In this document: one piece after another, positions 1 to 11,643 of the stretch
How positions within the stretch are numbered: the first letter of the stretch is position 1
Layout: each line of letters opens with the position of its first letter
Source of the DNA: Octopus sinensis
Lineage: Eukaryota
Assembly (NCBI RefSeq): GCF_006345805.1
Contig: NC_042998.1
Coordinates: forward strand, 110,174,001-110,238,000
Direction: 5' to 3'
Length of the DNA: 64,000 nucleotides
Translations under genes and position numbers: made by a program
The notes under the pieces: model-generated
What the model saw: only the letters and a program-made list of their open reading frames with translations
Told to the model about the DNA's origin: nothing
Database searches by the model: none

Positions 1-46
<46 letters not shown>

Positions 47-79
47 GTATCTCTCGCTCTCTCTCTCTCGATATATATA

Positions 80-120
<41 letters not shown>

Positions 121-429
121 TGACGAGTTGGTGACCTGTATTTGCTCCCCATTCGTCTGCGCATTTATTATATATATTTTCAACTTAACCTTTTGTATTT
201 TTCCGTCCGTTTGTTTATTACTATACGTGTTTGACTTCTGAAAATATTATTAGCGTAACGTAACTCACTCCTCAATTATTACCCATATATATATATATAT
301 CAAATCGTTCGTGCCTCGAATGGGCTGGAGTATTTCTATATTGGATGTATTTGGGGTACTTAGTTGTGTCCGTGACTTAGTATTTGCTTCCTCCATGGGT
401 ATGAGTAAGTATCTCATTTATTTCTTTTG

Positions 430-492
430 CCACATGTATCACTGACGAAGAGAGGGTTCTTAGTAGCTAACTCTGAAATCTGTCCGATATGG
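430..492 (+). ncRNA. Degenerate type I hammerhead-like motif (copy 1)
   Basis: tatc-a-CTGACGA-AGAG...CTCT-GAAA-tctg-TC-c-gata: core and 4-bp stem II present; A.C mismatch at the base of stem I and a weak stem III. Confidence 0.4.
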
Positions 493-636
493 TAATAATG
501 GAATGTTTTAGAAATTTCTGTCGACCTTTTTTCGAGTAGCGTGCGTATTGTGAAAAAATTATATGGTTAATGGACAATATGTCCAATTTTTCGGCATATT
601 TGGCATTAGAATTTTTTTCCTTTGCCCTCATTTATG

Positions 637-673
<37 letters not shown>

Positions 674-722
674 GTGTGTGTGTGTGTGTGTGTTGTGTGT
701 GTGTGTGTGGTGTGTGTGTGTG

Positions 723-930
723 TTAATTTACAAGAAAAAATAGACAAGCACGGGTATGTAAACAACAAACAGATGTCTTAGTTTAACGCTCGGGAAGAGA
801 GAAGTCTTTTTACGTTCGAGCCTACGCTCTTCGACAGAAGGAACACAGAAATAAACAGGGACAGAAAATAGAAAAGATTTAGTGGCTAGCGATCTATCAT
901 GGCGAATACCGATACGCATGTATTTATTTT
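723..930 (-). mobile_element. Dispersed repeat with HHR-like motif (probable Penelope-like pLTR derivative), copy 1
   Basis: Homologous to 58703-58926 (aacaaacagatgt..., cgagcctacgctcttc, tagtggcta.cgatctatcatgg). Minus strand reads CTGTCGA-A-GAG-cgtagg-CTC-GAA-CGTA. Confidence 0.6.
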
Positions 931-1349
931 CATGTATATATATATTATATATATATATATATATATTTATATGTATCTCTCGCTCTCTCTCTCTCGATAT
1001 ATATATATATATATAGATATATATATATATATAATATTCATGACGAGTTGGTGACCTGTATTTGCTCCCCATTCGTCTGCGCATTTATTATATATATTTT
1101 CAACTTAACCTTTTGTATTTTTCCGTCCGTTTGTTTATTACTATACGTGTTTGACTTCTGAAAATATTATTAGCGTAACGTAACTCACTCCTCAATTATT
1201 ACCCATATATATATATATATCAAATCGTTCGTGCCTCGAATGGGCTGGAGTATTTCTATATTGGATGTATTTGGGGTACTTAGTTGTGTCCGTGACTTAG
1301 TATTTGCTTCCTCCATGGGTATGAGTAAGTATCTCATTTATTTCTTTTG

Positions 1350-1412
1350 CCACATGTATCACTGACGAAGAGAGGGTTCTTAGTAGCTAACTCTGAAATC
1401 TGTCCGATATGG
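1350..1412 (+). ncRNA. Degenerate type I hammerhead-like motif (copy 2)
   Basis: Identical duplicate of 430-492 at +920. Confidence 0.4.
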
Positions 1413-1556
1413 TAATAATGGAATGTTTTAGAAATTTCTGTCGACCTTTTTTCGAGTAGCGTGCGTATTGTGAAAAAATTATATGGTTAATGGACAATAT
1501 GTCCAATTTTTCGGCATATTTGGCATTAGAATTTTTTTCCTTTGCCCTCATTTATG

Positions 1557-1643
<87 letters not shown>

Positions 1644-2887
1644 TGTGTGTGTGTTTGTGCGTGCGTGCGTGTGCTTGTGTATGAATATGTATATACTTTT
1701 GATAAATATCTAAATCTTCTGTGACCATATATGACGTCAATATGACTTTTATAGAAAATGCATGAAGAAACTATGTTCATGTCAGGTCACTGGCGGAAAT
1801 TCAACTATTGCCAAATAACTGGACTATATGACATTATAAATTCTTTGGCGGAGATGTATATCTTGTAGCAAAATTACTGAAGGATGTATGATCGTAGTTA
1901 ATTACTGGCAGAGATATGTGTCACATACTCAAGAACATTTATGACCCTATCTAATATCTGTACATGTCCTATTGACAAAAATATAAATAAAATGAAAAAA
2001 AAACTGTAGCCACATCTCGCCAATGTCAGAGCTATGTCTTTTAGATTTACAACAACTTAACACTTTCAGCTTCACAGCTTCACAACTTCACATGTCTTCA
2101 AGCAACACAGTAATTATAGTCAAGTATACACGCATACATATGTGTTTGTGTTTGTGTATGTGTGTGCATGCGTGCGCGTGTAGAAGGAAGAGAAACCAAT
2201 ATGCCACAAAATATATAGCTAGAAATTGACATGGATTCCTGACGTTCATACTAATGAAATTGAATCTTTTGAACTGAAGAGCTTTTATCTATCAATCACT
2301 ATCCTTCCCTCTTTCACTCTCTCCTCCCGCATTTCAACTTACCTTTCATTTTTCTGTCTTCTCACTTTTTCAATATTTTAGTTGCTTTTTCCGTCTTTTC
2401 ATCTTTCTCTGTATAGTATATGAAAACTCTTCAGTATATCACTACATACTGCTCTTGCATACTTTCATGAACATTCTTCCCGTGATTTACTTTCTATCCC
2501 ACCCACCTACAATCTCTGTCTGTCCGTCTGTCTGTATGTATGTATGTATGTGTAAGAGAGTGTATGGGTGTGTATACATATGCATGTATACAGACACATA
2601 CATGTTTGTACATATATACACACGCGCGCATTTACACTTAGATTTTCTTATGTTAATTTTACTACTTTTACTTCTTTTATCCGGAGGTTTGGCCATGCTG
2701 GGGTACAAGCATCGGCGTGATTGCCAGTTTAATTTATAACACTTTTGCAGCTTTCCAGCATGTAAGTTTATGATGAGTCAGTGAGATCGACAGCACCGTC
2801 CTTATTTCTGTTTCTTGATATGATGGAGGCTCAGCTTGTATTTCAGATAAAACTTTGCTTATGTATGTATGTATGTATGTATGTATA

Positions 2888-2889
<2 letters not shown>

Positions 2890-2960
<71 letters not shown>
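2890..2960. repeat. (TATC)n microsatellite
   Basis: Pure tetranucleotide run directly upstream of the LINE insertion. Confidence 0.95.
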
Positions 2961-2961
<1 letters not shown>

Positions 2962-2967
2962 CTTGTC

Positions 2968-3857
2968 GGGCATGCCGTGGTTGATGATGCGCAGACACGC
3001 GCTGAGACTGCGACATCTCCGGCTCTATGTAGACGACGGTGAACAGGTGTGGTCGCCGTTTGTGAGGCACGTATTCCCGCAACTCGTCTCCATGACCGAA
3101 CTACAGTCGTGGATCAAAAAGAGGCCGAAGAAGGGCGAATGGCACCGCGAGTGTCGCGTTGCTCTCAAGCAACTCTGCCGTCCCGGGTCGACCTTGAGTG
3201 ACTTCAACACAACCAAAGCATTCTATAGGGGATTAGTGGAGGGGAGGTACGACGACGAGCTCGGGGCAAACCTGGGCGTCGACGAGGAATACCTGACCCG
3301 CCTGTTTCAAACGACTTTCGGCGGCCCGGGACCTATGGACAACTTCCAGAGATCCCTGGCCTGGCGGTGCTACCGAGAAGCGCTACCCGTTCGGGATAAG
3401 CTCTATAGGCATGGCTCGAGAAACACGGGGCCGACCTGCCCGAGATGCGGGCAGAGCGACGAAACCGCTCTGCACGCAATCGTGCAGTGTCCAGCAATTT
3501 CCCACCTGTGGGCTTATGTCGAACGACTGCTGTCACGTGTGGGACGTGTCGGTTTATCAGCCGAGTCTATCGTTAATATCGTCACGCCTCCTTCCCTCAA
3601 GCGGGAAGGAAGAGCTATTTTTATCATACTTGTGGCTATGGCGAAAGAATGTATCTGGTGGACGCGTCTGAAAGGATTAGAGACAAACACTTTCCTCTCT
3701 GGTCAATCTCTCATCAACTTCTTCAAGTATCACTTGAAGAAAAAAGTGAGAGTAGAGAGGCAAGTTTTGTCTAGTGAATGTTTTTTAAAAAAAGATGGTG
3801 AATGTAGCAAGGATGGCACGTATGAATGACGAAGCCACCTTGACTATGATTCTATGA
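2968..3857 (+). pseudogene. ORF2p C-terminal fragment (post-RT region with zf-RVT zinc finger)
   Basis: ...FQRSLAWRCYREALPVRDKL...CPRCGQSDETALHAIVQCPAISHLW... (C-x2-C-x8-H-x4-C). A frameshift near 3790 moves the probable true end (..VNVARMARMNDEATLTMIL*) to ~3857. The supplied ORF start at 2855 is only the microsatellite. Confidence 0.85.
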
Positions 3858-4297
3858 ACCGTAAAATTAATACAGAGAGTTGCTTATTTGCAAAAAAAAA
3901 AAAAAAAAGAAATATAACATGTGACTTCATTGACCGAGGTTACCGTGGTCTTTTCCGTAGGCTTTTCTTTCCACGGGTAAACCTCACCTGTCCCCCCCTT
4001 TACACTTCATATTGACATTTCTGTGATAACGATCCCTATTGATCATTTTTTTCCTCTCCCCCTTTTTTTTTTAACCCCCCCTTTTTTTTGTCCTCTTTCT
4101 CTCCTTTTACGATCCTTTTTGATCGACCCCCCTTTTTTATTTTATTTTTATTTTATTTTATTTTTTTTCTTATTTTTTATTTTTTATTTTTTATTTTTTA
4201 TTTTTTATTTTTTATTTTTTTTAAACCTTCAAAAGAAAAGCTCTACCTTGTAATTTGTTCTATCTGTGTGCAGCCCTGTGTGGCTAATAAAGAAACA
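2968..4297 (+). mobile_element. 5'-truncated Tx1/L1-clade non-LTR retrotransposon
   Basis: 16-bp direct repeat tatctatctacttgtc at 2952-2967 and 4298-4313 (TSD). Encodes an ORF2 C-terminus with a zf-RVT-type motif; ends agccctgtgtggct-AATAAA-gaaaca. Confidence 0.9.
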
Positions 4298-4313
4298 TAT
4301 CTATCTACTTGTC

Positions 4314-4496
4314 TTACAGCTTTATATTTGAAAGATGGGGAATTATGTATATTATTTAGATTATTTACACTTGATAGATATTTGTCCTCATCTCGTTTGT
4401 TATTAACCCAACATTTCAGTTGATATACCCTCCAGCCTTCAATCAGGTGTTTGGGGGAAATTTCGCACCTGGGTTCTCATTCCTAAGATATTTTTC
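4314..4496 (-). mobile_element. HHR-bearing repeat module, decayed copy (same family as 49589-50079)
   Basis: Reverse complement: cgaaaaatatcttaggaatgagaacccaggtgcgaaatttcccccaaacacCTGATTGAaggctggagggtatatcaactGAAAtgttgggtt...; aligns with both arms at 49.6-50.1 kb. Confidence 0.85.
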
Positions 4497-4625
4497 GAAG
4501 AAGAAGAAGAAGAAGAAGAAGAAGAAGAAGAAGAAGAAGAAGAAGAAGAAGAAGAAGAAGAAGAAGAAGAAGAAGAAGAAGAAGAAGAAGAAGAAGAAGA
4601 AGAAGAAGAAGAAGAAGAAGAAGAA
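4497..4625. repeat. (GAA)n tract, ~43 units
   Basis: Uninterrupted gaa run; source of the poly-K and poly-S pseudo-ORFs. Confidence 0.97.
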
Positions 4626-4679
4626 TAACTTTTCACGGAAACAACTTATCTGGATAGCTTGAATTTAATATTGGGTATG

Positions 4680-5065
4680 ATTGATAAAAATGTCTTCATT
4701 AGCAGATACTGATAGAAATGCCTGTGACTATACTATTAAGGGCATTCTAGTCTGATTTGATAGGAAGTAGATATACTTTAATGATTGATTGGGTTTATGA
4801 AAAGGATGATATAAATTTGTATTTAAGTCTAGCGTAAGTCTAAGAAATTGGCGAATTTAGTGTTGTTCTTGAATAAGATACTTAAGTTATAATTCTTAAA
4901 GAGTTTATGGGAGAGCTTTCTTGGTGCGTCAACTGAAGGTCGAGATAATCCAGATAATGCAAGAAGTGCATCATCTCTGTAGATACCTCCGGAGAGTTTG
5001 GAGAAGTGTTGTTTTATTTGGGAAAGAACAAATAGGCCTACGGCTTACATATTGTGGTGTACTAC
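4680..5065 (-). pseudogene. Penelope-like element reverse transcriptase relic
   Basis: Minus strand: VGLFVLSQIKQHFSKLSGGIYRDDALL...NNTKFANFLD(fs)TLDLNTNLYHPFHKPNQ. The YRDD catalytic motif (4970-4981) followed by NFLD.TL and P(F/Y).KPN is typical of PLE RTs; frameshifted. Confidence 0.8.
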
Positions 5066-6351
5066 ATCTACCAATATTATAATGGATCTTAGAGCTCCCA
5101 GAAACAGTTGTTGGATTTATAACACTTTACTTCCTCCCCTTTAAATTTTTTCTGTCGTGTGTACTCTGTGTAAATCGGATCTATTAATATAAACATCTAT
5201 AATTTTATACTGAAATATTTATCGTCTGAAAGTTTCCAATCTTTGCTTTTTAATCATAAATGTTAAATTTTACTCTTCATTCGCCTGAAGGAAACGGTGT
5301 TTTACATGATGTAATAATTTTATTCATTAATAAAGAACACGTCCGAAACAGATTTAGTGAACCTCAATCCATCTGTTTTATACTTCACTACACTCGAAAC
5401 CATCCTTACATTGGCTATTGAGCCTATAGACGACTGTGGAATACGTTCCGGTGTGTACTCTTGTGTGACTTTGCGGACATGTGTATTTGGTTATACTCCT
5501 GAATGTATGCATAACTGAAGGGACAAATACGTGTGTATTAATGTAAGCAGCTTGCTATTACTAAAACGTGTTTTACGGTAATTTGTGTAGAGCAAAATGT
5601 TTTTCAGTAACGGCTTTGATATTATCCGGTTTAGAATCGGACTTGCCTTCTACAGTTGACTAAAATTAGGTTGTTTTTTTTTTAAAGTAAACGTTGACAA
5701 ATATGAGCAAAGAAAAGAAAACTAACCACCTACTCACTATTTAATGTTCCTATTTGTCAGGAGTAACAACCAAATTTCACTCAACATTCAGCCTATTAAT
5801 TTGAAAAGAGTGGCGTAATGAATAATATATTCCTGGATAAAAATGTCTAAGAGAAGGACAGGATACTCTGTGTTGAAACGTTTGTGATCTCAATCAGAAA
5901 TGGAAGAACTAACGCTAAGCAATATACATAATAACAATAACGTCCTCTATATCACTTTAGCTTAAATAGAAATAATTCCGAATCGAAATGGTGGCATTTA
6001 TGTATATAATTGTATATAACATTATATACTTAGGTTACCTTTCTGACATATCATATATCCGTCAGCTGAGAAGATTGAGTAGATTTGTATGTGATTCCAT
6101 ACATTAATGCTTGTATTCACGAAATAAAAGCTTCTCTTGAAAGCCAATCAAACTTTCATGAATGGAATATTACAAACCGTGAATACAAGACGTTGATATT
6201 TCGGAAAACGAGATAATTTGATGATACACTGCTGCAATTGGGTAATATTGTCCATGGAAATACTGAAATGACTTTATGTGAAGTTTTTGACTCATAACAT
6301 TTGATGTGTACGGGTCAGAAAATCATTCAACATCTATATAAGATGACTTAC

Positions 6352-6537
6352 CATTCTAAACAACTGTTGAATTCCCAGTGTATCATCAATACAAGACTTG
6401 ATCGACACAGTTTCCATAGACGAGTGAAGCCATTGTCCAATTCTGACATATATTTGCTTCACAGTTTTTCATAAGCGATTGTCTGTAAATCTAAAGCAGC
6501 GACAGCATCATAATTATCCACAACTAGCTTCATATGT
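6352..6537 (-). CDS. Candidate exon of an unidentified gene or pseudogene (needs +1 nt in the T-run at 6465-6469)
   Basis: HMKLVVDNYDAVAALDLQTIAYEKTVKQIYVRIGQWLHSSMETVSIKSCIDDTLGIQQLFRM. Strong donor ATG|GTAAGT; an 89-bp intron to acceptor TTTCAG at 6263 continues in frame as YFHGQYYPIAAVYHQ... Confidence 0.4.
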
Positions 6538-8247
6538 CTTTATAAGTATACATGATCGTATTATTATATAAATTCTTTGTCAAAAACACGCCCCATTCTT
6601 TAATGTTATTTACGCAACGACACATAACCATATTTAGATGTGTCTGTATCTATATATCCATTAATATATTACAGAATAATCTTTTATAACATATATGTGA
6701 GTGGCAAGTCCTAAGTGTCTGTGTGTGCATTTATGTACGCACATACAATCACACATACACACATATGCAAATAGCCGGTGTAAATGTTGCTGGATTGATT
6801 TCTCCAGTCATGCTTTACTTCTCATATAGAGAGGGAGAGAGTAAAAGAGTAATAGAACGAAAATTAACATAAGAGGTGAAGGTTTAGTGCACGTATTATA
6901 CATTTTGGTCGACTAATTTATTTTCTCAGCCATGATTTACACCGTATGAGAAGAGAGAGAAAGAGTTAATGAGAGAGTTAACATAAAAGATTTAGGATGA
7001 ATGTTTCGTGGCAAGCAATAAAAAAATAAATGCTTTACTCAGACCTCAAGAGAGAATGTTTCCAAAGAGAGTAGAGGAGAAGAAGGAGAAAGAGTAAATG
7101 ATACAGACATCATGAATGGTGTTTTACAAATGAGATTTTGCTTTATTTAATTTTATTTCCAGATAATAAATAATTTTCTTTTGAAAATTAGTATTCATTT
7201 CATTTCGTAAATTTGTATAAGCGCCGTATAGCTTGATAAAATTAAATTTAAAATTATTGTCTGTCATATTTCTTGATATAACCCAAGAAATGATGGGTAA
7301 CATCTATGTGCGTGTGCATGAGAGCGCGGGTTTGCGCGTGCGCGAGCGCGTGTGTATTTATTTGCCGGCATGTTTAATACACTTTGTAACGCGTAAACAT
7401 TTTTCAAAATTTACCTTCCGAAACATATTATCATTTTATTAAGAATTTGGATATACTGAAATTAAGAAAAGTGTAAAATTACACACATTAATATTTCAGT
7501 ATTAAATATAGATCAATAGTACTTTCGCAATACTTTCAAATTTGGCCTGTGATAAAGAAAGTGAGGACTGCTCATTGCAACATTTCACTATGCATTCAAC
7601 ATCAAGTGATGTGATATATAATCGTGGGCAACTACCAGTGCTGATGTGCTATTTTGCAAATATATTTTTCCACTTGCTGAATGGATACATGCAATAGCTC
7701 ATAGAACTCATTAGGTTCAGTTCCATCTCTTACTTTCATTCACTAAGTATATATAACTGTCTTCTATTTCCTATTTGGATTTAAGCAGAAGCCCTCTGTA
7801 TATTCATTGCGTAAAATCCTACAGATGACTGCATATGCTAAAAAGGATGGTAACGTAGCTGAAGCTAATCATTTTGTGCGAGCAACCAACAATACCAGAA
7901 CGATGAAGACAAGCAAGTAGGCTGATAACGTCACCGCTCACAAAATATGACTTTTCAAGTGATATTACAAAATTGGTGTTAACTGGAAGAACAGCTAAAC
8001 GTGTGGATTATTGATTCTAGAAAATATATATTCCTATACCAACAAAGATTATAATTATACCAGCAAGAAACATTTTCAATGGCCCACAAATAAACAAGTT
8101 TAAAGGTATAACTTCAAGATATCACAGTTTTATTGGAAGACTGTGTAAAGCATTGAAGAAAAATTCGCCAATAATTAATTGACAATTATATATATATATA
8201 TATAAATATATACATGCATACATACATACATACATGCATATACACAC

Positions 8248-8287
<40 letters not shown>

Positions 8288-8288
<1 letters not shown>

Positions 8289-8509
8289 CATTGATTAGAG
8301 AGCAAACATCAAATTGGAGTCAATGACTTTATATAACACCACGCTTTCATATATTTCATCATATATAAATATTACCATGGCTTTTAGCATATAAAGAATA
8401 TATATTTATATATAAAAGCTATGGTAATATTTATATACGATCAAATGTATTGAAGCGTGGTGTTAATAAGTCGTTGACTCGAATTTGATGTTTGTTCTCT
8501 AATCAATGT
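8288..8509. repeat. ~220-bp imperfect palindrome (foldback/MITE-like)
   Basis: Left arm acattgattagagagcaaacatcaaattggagtcaatgact...aatattaccatggcttt pairs with right arm aaagctatggtaatatt...agtcgttgactcgaatttgatgttttgttctctaatcaatgt. Confidence 0.9.
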
Positions 8510-8752
8510 GTTTTATCTCTGTCTCAATCTCATTTGAGATTTTCTTTCTTGCAGTTTTATAAACATTTTTGCTTCCATAAAAAGAGGCAAAATGACCCCA
8601 TAACTGGATATAACACACTCAACGAGATCTCACTACTTGAATGGACCATAAACAAAACTTGCCTTAGATAATCCTATCAGGTGAAGTTAGACATGGCCTA
8701 GACCAATCTTTGGTTGAAACCTATCTTCGTTTATCTAAGTTTATATATATAT

Positions 8753-8867
<115 letters not shown>

Positions 8868-9186
8868 GTATATAGGTATGTATGCATGTATGTATGTATG
8901 CATGCATGTATGTATATATGTATATGTGTATGTATGTGTGTAAGTATGTATGCTTATATGTATATATCTATGTATGTATATATATACGTATATCTCATTT
9001 TCATATTCAACACGGGCAACGGCGGGTACTTCTGCTAGTATCTCTCTCTGTATGCACACACACACATACACACTCACAGACACACACACACATACATATG
9101 TGTGTGTGTATGCATTATATTATATTAGGTGTAAAAATGAAAACCAAGGCAGAACGAATATCTCAAGTCATTTAGAATAATTTCAA

Positions 9187-9470
9187 GTCTTGAGGCAGTT
9201 TCTAGGATAACCGAAGAGGTAGGTTAGCATGTTCTTACACGGGGTATTCCGTCATCAGAGACAAGGTATGAATATTTTTACAATTTAAAACGAATAAAAT
9301 TCACAGTTTATAAGGAAATAAACAGAAGAATAAAGGAGTAAAATATAATAAAGAGTAAAATTAGTTAGAAGAATATAGGCAGGAAAATGATGTTCACAAC
9401 TCATCTTTTTCCAGTGGATATGGATGTTGGTCGGTACTTCCATGAAAGTACAGACTTTTAATTAAAATCC
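9187..9470 (-). mobile_element. Non-autonomous repeat with HHR-like 3' motif (family also at 12878-13160 and 13221-13499)
   Basis: Shared block ...ccagtgg.tatgga.gttggtc.gtactt...; minus strand gtct-CTGATGA-cggaatacc...ggttatccta-GAAA-ctgcctca-agac at 9187-9262. Confidence 0.7.
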
Positions 9471-9874
9471 CATAAATATATATATATATGCCATTGCCAT
9501 CAGAGATATTGCAGTTTTCTTCGAGGTAAAATCCTTCCTTAACGTGCCATGTTAAAAATTTATTGTGTATGTGGGTGGGACGAAAAATTATCCTGGCAGC
9601 AGCTAGCAAGAACATCACAATCATTACTGGTATTGCACGTAGTTTAATGTCAATATTATTTTATAAAAATATAAAGAAGCTGTGAATAGTATTTGCATTG
9701 TTTGGCTACTTTCGTATTCAAATCTAGTAATTCTTCAAAGAGATTTTGTAAATACACACACACATATACACATACACATATACACACGTATGCACACACG
9801 CACCCACATACACTCACAATCCCACACACACATATGTATATGTACAGACATATATACATACATATATATATATA

Positions 9875-9941
<67 letters not shown>

Positions 9942-9957
9942 GAGAGAGTGAGAGAGT

Positions 9958-9995
<38 letters not shown>

Positions 9996-10610
9996 AAATG
10001 AGAGAGACGTATACATGTTGCTTTTGTCACTAGAAGGAGACTATTCAAATTCCACTCGTAGCTAACATAAAATAACACCGAATTATTTCATAAACAATAC
10101 AGAAATGATTAAAAACTGGTACAATGCATTTTATTTACTGTACTTACATTCTGTGTTTATATAACTCTATTGATCACGCTCGTAAAGTATTCGTTATGTT
10201 GCTCGTATTCACTATTTTAAATATTACATCCAAATTTCGTAACGCTTTTATGTATGGCATTTGCATCCAAAAGGACGGTGTTCAAATTTTACATTTCAAC
10301 TCGTTTTAAGTGCAGTAAGTTGCCTTATGTTATATCCAGGAGGCTTTATAAATGTGTATATTTCCAAAATCTCACTTTTTGTGCGCGCGCGCATACACAC
10401 ACTCACCCCCCAACATATATAAATAAGTCCAAGGAAACAATACGTTGCATATGTATTGTATCTCTTTACCTAAACTGATTTTCAGTAGTCGCCTTGTTTA
10501 AATACTACTTTGTTATATCATCATCTTGATTTTACTTAAGTACAATGGATCCTTACGAAACATTAGACAGTATACACATGTATTCATCTTTGAGAAATTA
10601 CATATATATA

Positions 10611-11562
10611 TGCACGTTGTAATTCGTTGTGCAAGCCTAATATTCTATGAAATATATTAAATATTTTTATGAGCCATCACCACATTCAACTGCGCTAGTA
10701 GTCCTGTTTACATTATTTTGTTAAGGTTATTTCTACAGAAATTTTTTTGCCACAGCGTTTCGTATCGAGATGTCAGATGTAAACAAATGAGATCGTAGAC
10801 AAAAATCGGTAACGAGTTATATGCCATATTTCGTAGGGTGGGGGTTGTCCCTTCATCAGCACCCATCTAACTTATTCTTGCCTCCGTACACATTACTTAT
10901 GTAGCCACCGCACATAGCGTTGTTAAGTTATTGAATATACCAATTTACATATTAAAAGAATTCCTAGGGCTGGTATGTAAAAATTAACGACTTGTAGGCA
11001 CGTGGTATTTCGTTATGCAAGTATAATGTATTATAAAGTATATCAAATGCTTTTATGAGTCAACACCACGTTCTACTACATTAGCAGTGCTTTTTTACAT
11101 TATTTTTTAGCATTATTTTGTTTAATATGTAAATTGGTATATCCAATAACTTAACATCGCTGTATGCAGTGGCTGTATAAGCAATGTGTTCGGAGGTAAG
11201 AGTGAGTCAGATGGGTGCTGATGAAGGGACAAAACCCACCGAAGTATGGTATATAAACTCAATACGAATTTTTGTCTCCGATCTAATTGTTCTTTGGTTT
11301 TTTTTTTACATCTGGCGTCTCGATACGAAACGTTGTAGCAAAAGTCAATGCTGGCTATAATTTCTGTAGAAATAACCTTAACAAAATAATGTAAACAGGA
11401 CTGCTAACGCAGTAGAACTTGGTGTTGACACATAAAAAAACATTTAATATACATTATAGTATATTATGCTTGCATAACGAAATATCACGTGCTTACAAGT
11501 CATTAATATTTACATACGAGTCATAGGAATGCGTTTAATATGTAAATTGGTATATCAAATAA
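10611..11562. repeat. Head-to-head inverted pair of a ~400-bp circularly permuted repeat unit
   Basis: The plus copy (11121-11562) repeats its start tttaatatgtaaattggtatat after 413 bp. The minus copy (11122 down to ~10611) is the same unit in another permutation. Both contain gggtgCTGATGAagggacaa. Confidence 0.85.
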
Positions 11563-11586
11563 CTGGCTATAATCTCTGTAGCTATA

Positions 11587-11643
<57 letters not shown>

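Larger units (their letters stand above)
41..1630. repeat. Tandem duplication, period 920 bp
   Basis: Unique sequence 117-640 recurs at 1037-1560 without differences I can see (e.g. tgacgagttggtgacctg at 121 and 1041); only the flanking (AT)n/(GT)n lengths differ. Confidence 0.95.

Noticed and set aside
4420-4662. Poly-Lys and poly-Ser ORFs
   Set aside because: Both are readings of the (GAA)n tract.
5281-5359. HHR-like motif upstream of the PLE RT relic
   Set aside because: Stems I and II are plausible, but the core lacks two bases and stem III does not pair; too decayed to call.
11213-11340. Canonical hammerhead in the 400-bp unit
   Set aside because: CTGATGA and GAAA are present, but I could not find a consistent stem I with an NUH site in either arm.
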